Below, piece after piece: positions 50,423 through 63,693 of a stretch of DNA of 64,000 nt. The position numbers were made by a program, and so were the translations under genes. A model generated the notes under the pieces. The model ran no database searches. It was not told the DNA's origin and saw nothing but the letters and a program-made list of their open reading frames with translations. Source of the DNA: Octopus vulgaris (lineage: Eukaryota); the NCBI GenBank assembly GCA_951406725.2, contig OX597821.1, forward strand, positions 98,580,001 through 98,644,000, in the 5' to 3' direction. Within the stretch, counting starts at the first letter, position 1. The number at the start of each line of letters is the position of its first letter.

Positions 50423-50638
50423 ATATATTTAGAAGGTTGCTTGTTATGGCTGATCAGAGCAGGACCATTGTTTTGCATTAATTAAGCGCTTAGCTGTATA
50501 GGGGACTTGCCATACTGAAATGGCCAGGCGTTATGTGCCTCTGGCCATTTGAGTCTAATGAGTCACCCATTCAGCTAAGCGCTTTATAAGTGTAAAACCA
50601 CTCTCTAATCAGCCATAACAAGCAACTTTCTAAATATA
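50423..50638. repeat. ~215-bp imperfect palindrome (MITE-like, TA-flanked)
   Basis: TTTAGAAGGTTGCTTGTTATGGCTGAT / ATCAGCCATAACAAGCAACTTTCTAAA, plus inner stems AAGCGCTTAGCTG and AAATGGCCAG. Confidence 0.88.
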
Positions 50639-52124
50639 TATATATATTTATATATATAGCCAAGCACAAACCACATGCAACCTAAATTTTCTTACCAAAT
50701 CTGCACTGACTCCCTGAAAAAAATCTTTGAAATGTCCTTGAAGTGGGTAATGCCAATATTGTCTCCTTCAACATCAGAAATGCAGCACTGCACATATTAA
50801 GAAAATGGTATCACACCTCTTCCTCTTTAAATACGAGCAGCATGCAGCTAAAGCCCTTACAACTACTTCAAATGCTATGCCTTACTACCACTGAGAATCT
50901 CTTCCAGTGAATGCTCATCCTTTACATAATGGTAATTTTTGTGAATTGGGACAAGGCCAAAGAATTTTACTTTTAAAGCTGAAGATATTAATTCATGATT
51001 CTTCAGAGCAGAAAATCTTTTTACTCTGAAGATAAATAGAGTTTTAGAATTAGAGATCTGGGAATGTGGTCTGTATGACTTTGTGAATGGAGATTGTGTT
51101 AGAGGGAAAAAAATCATGTATGAGAATATATAACTGAAAAATCATAGTTTTGAATATATGACAGAACTGAATATATAGAATATATGATTAGAACTGCTCT
51201 ATAAAAAATTATGACCATTTTGATTAGAGGAGGTAACCACTGTATATCTCTGCATTGAGAAAACAGACTATAATTTGCAAATGAGGTTTAATAACATTGA
51301 AACATGTCTGTATCTATCATTTAGCCTGATAAACAAAGATCTGGTTTTCCCACTAAGCTTGAAAAAAATCTGTGAAATGAATTCTTAATGTCTAGAAATT
51401 ATTTTCCCTTTCCCTTTAGCAGTTACTTAACAAATTATTTGATGTTTTGTTTTTCTTTCTCCCAACTATGGGGCAAATTTTAATTTATTAAAAAATTTTG
51501 TGCACATCATTCAATATACCACCACCACTACCACCGTCATCATCATCACCCTTATCATCATCATTTAACATGCTCCATGTTCCATGCTGGCATGGGTTGG
51601 ATAGCTCTGGTGTCTGCTTTGGAATAGTTTCGATTCTCTTCCCATTATCAACCACTTTACTGCATATATTAGATGCCATTTTTGTGCTACCATACAGCTT
51701 CAAAACCTGAAATATATGTAGCTGTCATCATCATCATCATCATCATCATCGTTTAACGTCCGTTCTCCATGCTAGCATGGGTTGGACGGTTCGACCGAGG
51801 ATCTGGGAAGCCAGAAGGCTGCACCAGGCTCCGGTCTTATCTGGCAATGTTTCTACAGCTGGATGCCCTTCCTAACGCCAACCACTCCGTGAGTGTAGTG
51901 GGTGCTTTTTACGTGCCACCTGCACAGAAATTATTCATAGCAAACGAGAATACTACATCATCGTCATTTAACGTCCACCTTCCATGCTGGCATGGGTTGG
52001 ACGGTTTGACTGAGGGCTGGTGAGCCAGAAGGCTGCACCAGGCTCCAATCTGATCTGGCAAAGTTTCTACAGCTGGATGCCCTTCCTAATGCCAACCACT
52101 CATTATTGTTGTTGTTATTCTTAC

Positions 52125-52475
52125 TATGTGGCAGAATTGCGAAAACACTGGAAAAAATCTTTTGCAATATTTCTTCCAGTTCTTTACGTTCTGAGTTCAA
52201 ATCCCACTGAGGCTGCCTTAGCTTGTGAGGGGCAATAAAATGAAGGACCAGTCAAGTACTAGGGTCGATTTATTCAATTAACTTCCTTCCTTCAAAAAAC
52301 TGTTGGCTTTGTGCCTAAATCAGAAACCATTATTATTGTTATTATTTTCTAAATCCTTTCAAGATCACCATTACCTTTCATTCCTCCAGGGTTGATAAAA
52401 AAAATGTACCAGCCAAGATGGTATCAACTAACCGCTTCTTTTGAAAATTGCTGGTCTTCTGTCAAAATTTGAAAC

Positions 52476-52541
<66 letters not shown>

Positions 52542-53715
52542 CATCATCATTATTATTATAATTATTATTATTATTATTATTATTAAGGTGCAAGCTGGTG
52601 GAATCGTTAGCATGCTGGACAAAATGCTTATAATAATAATAATAATAATAATAATAATGGTTTCAAATGCTTAGAAGCATTTTGTCTGTCTTTACATTCT
52701 AAGTTCAAATTCAACTGAGGTCAACTTTGCCTTTCATCCTTTGTAGGTGGATGAAATAAGTACCAGTCAAGTACTGGGGAGTCGATATAATTGACACTAG
52801 CACCCCCCCTTCCACTCCAAAATTCCAGGCTTTGTGCCTATTGTAGAAAGGTTTATTATTATTATTATTATTTTACCATACTAAACAAAATGCTTAACAG
52901 CATCTCTTCTGGCATTATGTTCTGAGTTCAAATACTGCCAAGGTTGACTTTACCTTTCCTCCTTTCAGGATTGATAAAATAAGTACCATTTGAATACTGG
53001 TGGGGTCGATGTTATCAACTGGTCCCACCCAAACAAAGTTTCAGGCCTTGTGCCTACAGTAGGAAAGATTATTATTATTATTATTATTTTTTTTTTTTTA
53101 TTATTGTTATTATTATTATGCCAGTGAATTAGTAAATCACTATGGTAACTGATTAAATGCCTTGCAGTTATATTCCATGTTCAAATTTTTCCAATATTTG
53201 ACAAATTTATCTTTCGTCCTTCCATAGTTGATTTAATTGATTGTTCCTATCGCACAAAATTTGTGGCCTTATGCCTAAGTTGTAAATCATTATTATTTAT
53301 ATTATTAAGCATTGGATAAAATACCTTGCAGTATTTCTTCTGACTTTTTATGTTCTGGGTTCAAATCCTACCAAGGACAATTTTGCCTTTCATCCCTCCA
53401 AGTACCAGCTAAGTACTTGAGTTGATGCATTCAACTAATCCTTTCCCACCAAATTCTAGGTTCTATGCCTGAGTTAGATACAATTATTATTAAAAAAAAG
53501 CAAGCTTGGAGAATCATTAGTGGGTCAAACAAAACGCTTAGAAGCATTTCTTCTACCCCTTTATGTTCTGAGTTGAAATCCCACTGAGGTCAACTTTGCC
53601 TTTCATCCTTTTGGGATTGATAAATTAAGTACCAATGAAATTCTAGGGGGTCAATGTAATCGTCTAATCCCCTCCCCCAAAACTTCGGGCCTTGTGCCTA
53701 TAATGGAAAGGATTA
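52125..53715 (+). repeat. Array of about 7 old, co-oriented C-related SINEs separated by (ATT)n
   Basis: Repeated GAGTTCAAAT..ACTTTGCCTTTCATCC..GTACC..CTTGTGCCTA blocks, CpG-depleted; a similar cluster sits at 58695-59345. Confidence 0.75.
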
Positions 53716-53733
53716 TTATTATTATTGTTATTA

Positions 53734-53768
<35 letters not shown>

Positions 53769-55989
53769 GTGGAAAAGTAGTACTGGTAGAGTGTCTGACA
53801 AATATCTTGTGGTATTTTATCACATCCCTTTGCATTCAAAACCTAACAGAGTTGGTTTTTCCTTTTTCATTTAAAACTTTTAAGTCAATCCATTAGTTAT
53901 GAAACTTTATGTTTTGTGAGTTGAGCACTTGGAAGTAAATATTCTCTTGGTGGATGTTACAATCACTATTTTACAGCCAGTTGTGGAATTCTATTGGGGT
54001 TAAAGTTTGCTGTTATGTCAACTGGTTTGAGCAACTGCACAAAGATTTCTTAACTCAGCCAGCTCCTGCAATCCCTTCCTGAAAACAAATAAATAAAATC
54101 TGTTAAAAAAAAAGTAGTAAGGAATTTGTTAAAGAATGTCTAGTAGGTCAACAAAAATGTAAAAAGATGTTTTGCTTGTTTTGTGTGGTCCCTATTTTAA
54201 AAGACAAGTGAATTTTTTGAAGATGATTTGGCTGTTATATTGATATCACAAAATGCACTTTTTAGTAACCAAATGAAACTGTGTTTTTTTTTTTAAATTT
54301 CTCTCACATCAGTTAACATCACTTTTCAATTTCTATTCATAGATTAAAATTTCCTAGTGAATTGAAGAATTTGTTATAGATTAGAACCTGAAGAGTTGGT
54401 TTTTGCAAAAAATGTTCATTAGTATTAGATTTTTAAATCCCTTTCATTAGAAGTAGCCTTGTTCCAAACTAATAACAACTTACAAAATATATTTTTTACA
54501 CTGTTATGCAACTATGGATTTTTTTCCAAGAAGAAGGAGACTTTTTACTTTTTACTTTTTTCTTTTTTTCTTTTTCTTTTCTTTTTTTTTTTTTTTGCAG
54601 CTTTAGAGCAATTTTGTTTAATTTTTTCTTGCAGCCAAGAATTTCTCTTCTTCAACTGTTAAGCTACTTAACTATGAAGTAGGAGAGAATGGGGTATTTA
54701 TTTGTTGGTTACTTGATCAATTTCATAACAAACAGAGTATCAGATACAGACTTAAGTCATGCTTTTAAGCATGAAACAATAAGGGCTGTTGTTATGAAGT
54801 AGGGTCCTGAACATGTGGTTCTTAGCTCAAACTTCTAGTACTTATAACTTTACACCAGGTGGTTGATTAGAAAAAAATCCTTAAAGCAGTGGACAAAATA
54901 CATAGTGATATTTTTTTCCAGTGCTTTACATTAGGAGTTCAAATCCTGCCAAAGTCAAATTTGCCTTTTATCTTTCTGAGGTAAATAAAATGCCAGTAAT
55001 ATACTAGGGTAAATTTAATCAACTGATACTGATGTCTTACTGGTTTGCTTGAGCAAGTGGCAACAACCAAGAATCTGGAGTATCCCTCAAAGAACTACTT
55101 GTGATTTAAGGATTGATGAAGGTGTAAACTCTTACAATCATAATGTTTCTGCAACTGACAGCAGTGACCACCCACCTCCAGCTATTATTAGCTCAAAAAA
55201 ACTTAATGATGGAACAGTACAACACAGAATTCTTTAAGGAATGGTATATGTGGTGTGTCCAACATCATGCCTGGTGTAAGTCAACAGAAAACAAAGAACC
55301 TTACAACTAATTGTATTATATAAACTCGCTCCATCTTTTTAGTCATTGCTTATATGAATGATTTAAAGTGGTGTTTTAAGCCATCAGATTTGGAAATTGA
55401 ATTTAAAATTATAAAAATGATCTCTTGAAAACTTTGAATGTTAATAACTAGTTACTAAATTTTATTCAATCATGGAAATATTTAATATAACTAACAATAA
55501 TGATAAGAAGGAAGGGAATTTAGATTTTCATTTTCCTCTTTCTATCTTTGGTCGCAGTTTGAATTTTTCAAATTCAAAACAATTATATTGTCATAACACA
55601 CGAAATTGAAATTCAAATGAAAATTTTGACAACATACTGAATTTTTTTTAGTTGGGAGCAGTATTAATTTGAAATCAAAGTTCAAATTTTAAAATTAAAA
55701 TTGTAAATTGAAAATATAATTTTGTTTAAATCAATTTAAAATTAAAATTCAAACTATTAAATTTCAAATTTCATTTAATCTATTTGAAATTTCATTTTCA
55801 GTAGATTATTCTTTTTTAAATTTTGTTTAATTTTTTTTCTATTATTGTTCATGCAAGCATTTTGGTTTTATAAAATCCAAAGTTATAAATCTTGAATGAA
55901 AATTTCTGTTCATGTATTAAGCATTAAGTAGTTCATCATCAATAATAATAATAATAATAATAATATTGTTATTGTTGTTGTTGTTGTTG

Positions 55990-56044
<55 letters not shown>

Positions 56045-56135
56045 GATAATCCCTGATAAAACTGTTTATAGTGATAATCCAATTTACAAACAATGAAACT
56101 TTTATATCATCACATGTGTGTATATAATATACATG

Positions 56136-56201
<66 letters not shown>

Positions 56202-57651
56202 ATATACATACATATGATATACATATGTATATGTATAATATGTATGTATATATGATATATTTGTTTTTATTGTATTCTATTTGATTCTTTGAATTTTAAA
56301 CTTTCCCCAAATCCATTCCTACTTTACCTTGAATGACCTCCAAAGAACACAAATTCAAAGAAGTCTAAACAAGGTTTTATAAGTTTTGTTTTCTTTTTTT
56401 CCAGTTCTAAAATTTAAACATGTGTCACAGAAATTTTCATATTCCTCAGATGTTCCCTAAATCTTACATATTTTTTGAAAGTTTTCTTTCTTTTTTGCCC
56501 CCTTTTTTTTTGGGAAAAATCACTATTTTAAGAAGCCATTGTTTTTTTTTTGTCTCCTTCTGTTAAACTGTCATAATTTTTTTATATATATTTCATGTCC
56601 ATCATTTATTTAATTTCTCTCATTTTTACAAACAGAGTTAAAAATTGCATTTTGATTCACTAAAACCTTTCAAATTTCACCACTCTTTTGAGAAAAAAAA
56701 AATTTCAAAATTTTTAAATAGAGTCACTATTTTTGTAGAATTGATTTTTTGCATTTTATTTTTTGTCAGTTTTTTGTGTATTTTTTTTTTTTACAAATTA
56801 ACAGTTGTTGATAAAAAGTTTTTCATAATAAATTCTTGCATCACAATCATCTTAACTTTTCAAATTTCATTTTAAATCTAATAATCATGATGATGATGAT
56901 GATAATAATAATAATAATAATAATAATTATAAATAATTTTGAAAAAAAAAGGACATTTGTTAAATGCATTCTAATTGAGAATTCTCACATTTCAAATAAT
57001 ATATTTTGTGTTTTGGAAAATTGTATTTAAAAAAAAAATGGATATATTTAGAAAAAGAAATAACTGACTTGTTTATATTTCTATCTCAAGATTGTTTCTG
57101 GAATTTGAACAAAGAATTCTTTAAAATATTTATCATTATTATAGTATTTAGTTATATCTCTTTATATTCTAAGTTCAAATCTCACTTAAGTCAATTTTGC
57201 CTTTTTACCTTCTGGGGTTCATAAGACTAAAGTGCCAGTTGACTACTCTCCTTTCCCTGGAATATGTGCCTTGTGACTTACAGTAATATCTGAGATATTA
57301 CTATAAGGAAGGCAGTGGATGGCTGAATTAGTAGAGTACTTTAAGCCTTGCATCACTTCCTTCCAATTCTGAGTTCAATTATTGCAAGGACTGATGGTGC
57401 ATTTTATTATTCCAGATAAAATACAATATCGGTCATTATTACTATTATTTTTGGTAAAATCATTTGAATGTCAAGCAATAATGCTTTGTGGTTTGTGTTC
57501 CAGCACTTTACATTCTGAGTTCAGATACTGCCAATGTCATCTTTGCCGTTTACCTTTTCAAGGTCAATAAAATAATACACTGGTTTAGTACTTGGTTGAT
57601 TCAATTGACTTAACACCCCAACCCAATTTATGGCTTTTTACCTGTTTTAGA

Positions 57652-57687
<36 letters not shown>

Positions 57688-57897
57688 CATCATCATCGTT
57701 TAACATCCGTTCTCCATGCTAGCATGAGTTGGACGATTCGACTGGGGATCTGGGAAGCCAGAAGGCTGCACCAGGCTCCAGTCTGATCTGGCAGTGTTTC
57801 TACAGCCATTGCCAGATCAGACTGGAGCCTGGAGCAGCCTTCTGGTTTAATAATAATAATAATATTAATAATAATGATGATGATAATAATAATAATA

Positions 57898-58455
57898 AAT
57901 GCCCTGATGCAGTACCAGGCAGTGGCTCTCATGGCTTCTGATCTTAACTGATTGGAGGTGTTAACATGTACATTGTTTTGTCTTGGTATAAAAGATGGGC
58001 TACAGCAAATATTCTGCTCAATACCACAGATTTGCTTGTCAGTTGTTTGACCTTAACCAGTTGAGCATGTCCCTTAGTGGCTGACGATATGTGCATCTCT
58101 GATCACGAGCAGAAGTAGTGGGGGAGCATCATAGCCATGTGTTGAGAGGGATTCTTTGGGGTTTGAATAACTCACCTCTGGAAACATGGGTGGTTCTTTC
58201 AACATCCTTAAACAACCCTTATTCAGGGACCTTTTGAGCGGGATGGGCTACTCAACCAGAAGAAAATTCTAACTGGGCCCCCACCTGCAAGGTCATGTGC
58301 TGTTTATCTTGATATGAGATCACCATGTCGCGCACATATGGTTGTGATGCATGTGCCTGGTGTACCTTTATCAGACGGGTAGTCATGATGGGTATATTGG
58401 GCTTCGTATATTTTACCCCAGTGTCACTTTGATGGCATGCACTGCTCTCTCACTC
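57898..58455 (+). mobile_element. Family E, full-length
   Basis: Colinear with 39897-40448; (AAT)n on both sides. Confidence 0.8.
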
Positions 58456-58476
58456 AATAATAATAATAATATAATA

Positions 58477-58508
<32 letters not shown>

Positions 58509-58536
58509 AATAATGATGATGATGATGATAATAATA

Positions 58537-58574
<38 letters not shown>

Positions 58575-58584
58575 CATCATCATT

Positions 58585-58622
<38 letters not shown>

Positions 58623-58693
58623 TATTATTATCATCATCATTATTATTAATATTAATATTATTATTATTATCATCATCATTATCATTATTATTA
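58456..58693. repeat. (AAT)/(GAT)/(ATT)/(ATC) trinucleotide tract with a strand switch
   Basis: Direct observation; quasi-palindromic. Confidence 0.9.
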
Positions 58694-59576
58694 AGGTAGC
58701 AAGCTGGCAGAATTGTTAGTATGCTGGGGGAAACGCTTTGTAGCATTTCATCTACCTTTACATTCTGAGTTAAAATTCTGCTGGGGTTAACATTACTTTT
58801 CATCCTTTTGGCTCAAATAAGTACCAGTTGACCAGTGGGGTTGATGTAATTGACTTTCTCCCTTCCTGAAATTGCTGGCCTTGTGCCAAAATCTGAAACC
58901 ATCATTATTATTATTATTATCATTAAGTGTTGAAAGGCAGTGAGCTGGCAGAATCATTAGCATGACAAGCAAAATGCTTAGCAGCATTTCGTCCATCTTT
59001 ATGTTCTGAGTTCAAATTCCACTGAGGTTGACTTTGCCTTTCAACCTTTCAGGGTCAATAAAATAAGTACCAGTCAAGTATTGGGGGTGATGTAATCAAC
59101 TAGCCACCTCTCCAAAAATTTCAAGCCTTGCACCTATAGTAGACAGGATTATTATTAAGTGGTAAGCTGGCAGAATTGTTAGCACAAAGGATAAGATGCC
59201 TAGTGGAATTTCTTTTGGCTCTTTATATTTTGAGTTAAAATCCTGCCAAACCCCACTTTGCCTTTCATTCTTTCTGGCTCTATGAAATAAAGTACTAGTC
59301 AAGTACAGAGGTCAATGTAATTGACTAACCCCCAAAATTTGAAATCTTTATCATTATTTAATAATTCCCTTGTAGATTCTGAGATAATGATTCTTATCGA
59401 TATCAACTTTACTTATCTATTCAGTGATTGAGAGCAGTCATGCAATGTTCCCTCTTTGCTCTGCATGTAGGCATGCTCATATGTTTTACAATGAACCAGC
59501 ACTAAAAAGAAATTAATGTACTTACAAAAAGTTAATTACCAAAAATAATTTACAAGTTAATAATTTTATTTTGTTA

Positions 59577-60593
59577 TACGAGGTGGGGGGTACCCCAAAA
59601 GGAACCAGAATTTTGCAATATTATTCTATTCTCTTAGTTTTACATGTTTAGACCTTTATTGCCTTCAAAGTATTCTCCATTTGAAGAAATGCATCTATCC
59701 AGATGCATTTTCCACTGTTCAAAGCAGTGCTGGAACTTCTGCAAAGTGATGCCTTTTAGGGCCTCCATCATTTTTTCTTCACCATTTCCACACCTGCAAA
59801 TTCCATAGGACCAACTTTCATCAGCAGTGATGACCTTTTAAAAATAAAAGAGCCGGATCAACTTCCAGCTGTTCTTTCAATTCATGACACCCAGTCATCC
59901 AAGAACAGTTTGTGAATTTTCATGATGTTTTCATTTATTCAGGAGGTCAACAATTGCCCTGTACGAGGTCTTCAAGTGACAAGTAACCGTTTCTAAAGTG
60001 TGAAAAACCACTTGTAAACTTGTGTTTTGCTCATGGCAGATACTTTATAAGTTGTTTAAGTTAAGTTAAGTTAATTTTTTGGCTCAAAAAGCAAAAAGCA
60101 AAAAGCAAGGCCATGTAGGGGGACATGGAGTTATGTGCAGAGAGGGTGTTCATGCAAAGAGTTCAGGCCATTTCTGGTCAAGAGAGACTTTGAACCGAGC
60201 GGTCGTCGGCATCTTCACTATCTCGACCGGCAGCATATTCCACGGATCTGCATCCCGGACGGAGAAAGCCCCTCTCCTTCGATTGAGATGAAATCGTCGC
60301 AGATAGAGCTTTTCGAAGTGACCTCGCAGCCTATGCTCTCAACTGTCTCAGCCACCATTTTTCCCTGCAGAAAACAGAATTTCACATACATATGCTGTTC
60401 CTTTGTTTAGCCATTGCAAAAATTGATGAACAGGGGAGAAGTACTACTTAACTGTATGACATCACTTGGTGCCACCAGTTGGCATACTGGTACCTGAGGG
60501 TTGTATCATGTGGCATCTAGCAATAGAAGCCTGCACTACAACAGGCTTTTACCACAGAGAACATCTTTGGTTATTTTTTGGTAACTCCTTGTA
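59577..60593 (-). mobile_element. CpG-depleted copy of the same mariner family as 28757-29655
   Basis: Colinear similarity to 28757-29655 at both ends and internally; interrupted by a LINE fragment. Confidence 0.8.
60056..60332 (-). mobile_element. CR1-like LINE 3' end inserted in the mariner
   Basis: Minus strand reads RLRGHFEKLYLRRFHLNRRRGAFSVR..DPWNMLP...FKVSLD*, then a short UTR and a (TTAAC)n tail. Confidence 0.75.
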
Positions 60594-60630
60594 AATTCAG
60601 TGCACACATCCTTTTGTCACGAGTAAAAAA

Positions 60631-61092
60631 GATAAGGGTACACCAGGTGCATGCATCACAACCATATGTGCGCGACATGGTGATCTCATATCAAGATAAA
60701 CAGCACATGACCTTGCATGTGGGGCCCAGTTAGAATTTTCTTCTGGTCGAGTAGCCCATCCCGCTCAAAAGATCCCTGAATAAGAATTGTTTAAGGATGT
60801 TGAACAAACCACTCATGTTTCCAAAAGTGAATTATCCAAACCGCTTAGAATTCCTTTTGACACACAGCTATGATGCTCCCCCACTACTTCTGCTCATGAT
60901 CAGAGATGCACATATCATCAGCCACTAAGGTACATGCTCAACTGGTTATGGTCAAACAATTGACAAGCAAATATATAGTATGGAGCAGAATATTTGCTGT
61001 AGCCCATCTTTTATACCTAGACAAAACAATGTACATGATAACACTTCCAATCAGTTAAGATCAGCAGCCATGAAAGCTACTGTCTGGTACGG

Positions 61093-61093
<1 letters not shown>
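60631..61093 (-). mobile_element. Family E, truncated, adjoining the Dong/R4 3' (TAA)n
   Basis: Reverse complement of family E, separated from the Dong relic only by (ATT)n. Confidence 0.78.
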
Positions 61094-61123
<30 letters not shown>

Positions 61124-61126
<3 letters not shown>

Positions 61127-62273
61127 TGTTTTTTTTTTTTATATCGTGCTTTCACTTCACCACTGAGCGCAGCTCTGTGTGCCTTGAGTATGTGCTGTGT
61201 TTTGTTGTGATGCTCTGATGGTTACTGTATTGAAAGTGTTTTGCGTAGGATGTAGGCAGTGCCCAGTAGTGCAATTTTCTGTATGTTATATGTGTTTGTA
61301 AGTCCTGATGTTTTTGTTATGCATTTGTTTGAATATTTTTTTTATCATGCCTAATGCACCTACTATGATAGGAATTGTTTCTGTTTTTAGATTCCACATT
61401 TGAGTTACCTCTATTTCCAGGTCTTTGTATTTTGAAAGTTTCTCCATTTCTTTTAGAGAAACATTGTCATCTGCGGGTATTGATACATCAATTAGAAAGC
61501 ATTTTTTTTCTTCATGATCTCTGACAACTATATCTGGTCTGTTGGCCTTAATTTCTCTATCTGTGTGTATTGGCTTATCCCAGAGTATGGTTGCTTTCTC
61601 GTTTTCTGTGAACTTTTCTAGGGTAGCTTCTAGTGTATGTAGGTCCCAACTCTGTCGTGTCTGTGAATATATTCCTTCTTAGCCAGGACTGGTCAGCCAG
61701 AGATAATATGATTTATTGTTTCTTGTCCATCTCCACATATTCTGCAGTTACTTGTTATATTTCTTTTCATTATATGTTTTTGATAATTTCTGGTGGGGAG
61801 GCTTTGGTCTTGTGCTGCAATTAAAAATTCCTCTGTCTCTGCTTTGAGTCCTGAGCTTCTCAACCATTGCTGGGATTTTTCTTTGTCTATTTCTTTTGCA
61901 TTTAGTTTAGTTCAGTATTTGCCATGAAGGGGCTTTTCTTGCCATCATTTTATCATGGTCCGTTGCTGTTCTAGTTTTAGTTTGGATTTCATTTGTTTTA
62001 TAGCTTTTGTTGTTTCTTCATCTTCTCCTTCTTCATATTTGTTAGGTGGTATGATTTCTTGTTTGTATTTGTCAGCTGAGAACAGATTTTTGTTTTGCTA
62101 GTGTTTTGCCGCTATTTGTATCAGTTTTCCTTGCTTCTGAAGTAGGTATTTTTGCAGTCCTATGGTGGTTATTTTATAATAGTTTTCCAGCTGTATAAGG
62201 CCTCTACCACCTTCTATACGTTGTATATATAGCCTTTCTATGTCAGATTTTGGGTGATGCATCCTAGATCCTG

Positions 62274-62277
<4 letters not shown>
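61124..62277 (-). mobile_element. Dong/R4-clade RLE non-LTR retrotransposon, 5'-truncated, embedded in (TAA)n
   Basis: HPKSDIERLYIQRIEGGRGL, AAQDQ, zinc knuckle CRICG..ETINHIISG*, RHD, and endonuclease NRPDIVV...LIDVSIP...EKLSKYKDL...PIIVGALG; stop at 61222-61224; TAA repeats on both sides. Confidence 0.9.
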
Positions 62278-62347
<70 letters not shown>

Positions 62348-62503
62348 TTCATTATTATTATTATCATCATCATTATTATTTGATTTATTTTCCAAATTTT
62401 AAAAAAGAATTCTTGTCTGTTAAAACTAATTTTCCACTTCCTGACCAAAATTTTCATCGTTTTTCATGTTTGAAAAATTATTTTTCCTCAGAAATTGTTA
62501 TTC

Positions 62504-62537
<34 letters not shown>

Positions 62538-62745
62538 CACATATTAATTATTAAGATTTTAGATATAAATTATATGAGATTTATGAGCATTAATGTTGTA
62601 CATGAGAAGAGAACAGACTTCTCTATAGGAGCAAATGTAATAGCTGCAGTGTGTGTGTGTCTTGTAGAAGGGTCTTGGTGCATTTCATATCCCAAATTAA
62701 TGCTCATAAATGTTCTATAAAATATAATACTTATATATGTATACA

Positions 62746-62801
<56 letters not shown>

Positions 62802-62907
62802 ATTTATATTGGAGAAATTTTTCTACTAAATATATATTGGGTATTGAACAGTTAACCAGTGAAAATTGGATGTTTTACATCCCTATAAGAGGAGCTTGTT
62901 TTCTTAC

Positions 62908-62963
<56 letters not shown>

Positions 62964-63037
62964 TATATATGTGTATATATATATAAGAATATATATATGT
63001 ATATATATGTACATATATATATATATGTATATATATA

Positions 63038-63260
63038 ACGGGAAGGTTTACGAAAATAAACAAAAGACGAAGGCAGGTCGAGTACAAACAAACAATTGTA
63101 TCAGTATGGCGCTCAGGAATAGAAATAAAACAAGTCTTTTATGTTTCGAGCCTACGCTCTTCGACAGAAAGATACACAAAAAAGAAACAAGGAGAGAAAA
63201 AAAATGGGTGTTGGAGCTAACGATCCAAATGCGTGTAGGAGCTAACAATCCAACATGTAT
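63038..63260 (-). mobile_element. Short TA-embedded repeat (Penelope pLTR/retrozyme-like) with a hammerhead-like motif, copy 1
   Basis: Similar to 63457-63650; flanked by (TA)n; minus strand has CTGTCGAAGAGCGTAGGCTCGAAAC. Confidence 0.55.
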
Positions 63261-63456
63261 ATATATAGGTATATATATGTGCATATATATATATATATAT
63301 ATACATATATATACATAAATATATATAACAAATAATATATTTATGTATATATATATATATGTGTGTGTGTATGTGTGTGTGTGTATGCATGCATATATAT
63401 ATATACATATGCATATTTGGGTACAGGATGTCACCAACTGTGATATATAAATATAG

Positions 63457-63649
63457 GGAGAGTTTACGAAAAAAACAAAAGACGAAGACAGGTGGTGTAC
63501 AACACAAACAGATGTATTAGTATAACGCTCAGGAATAGAAAAAGTCTTTTACGTTTCGAGCCCACGCTCTTCTACAGAAAGGGACACAGAAAAAATAAGG
63601 AGAGAAAAATATGTGTGTAATGGTTAACGATCGATCATGGTGTCTAACC

Positions 63650-63650
<1 letters not shown>
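63457..63650 (-). mobile_element. Same TA-embedded repeat, copy 2
   Basis: Shares GTTTACGAAAA..CAAAAGACGAAG, CGCTCAGGAATAGAAA and the hammerhead-like block with copy 1. Confidence 0.55.
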
Positions 63651-63691
<41 letters not shown>

Positions 63692-63693
<2 letters not shown>

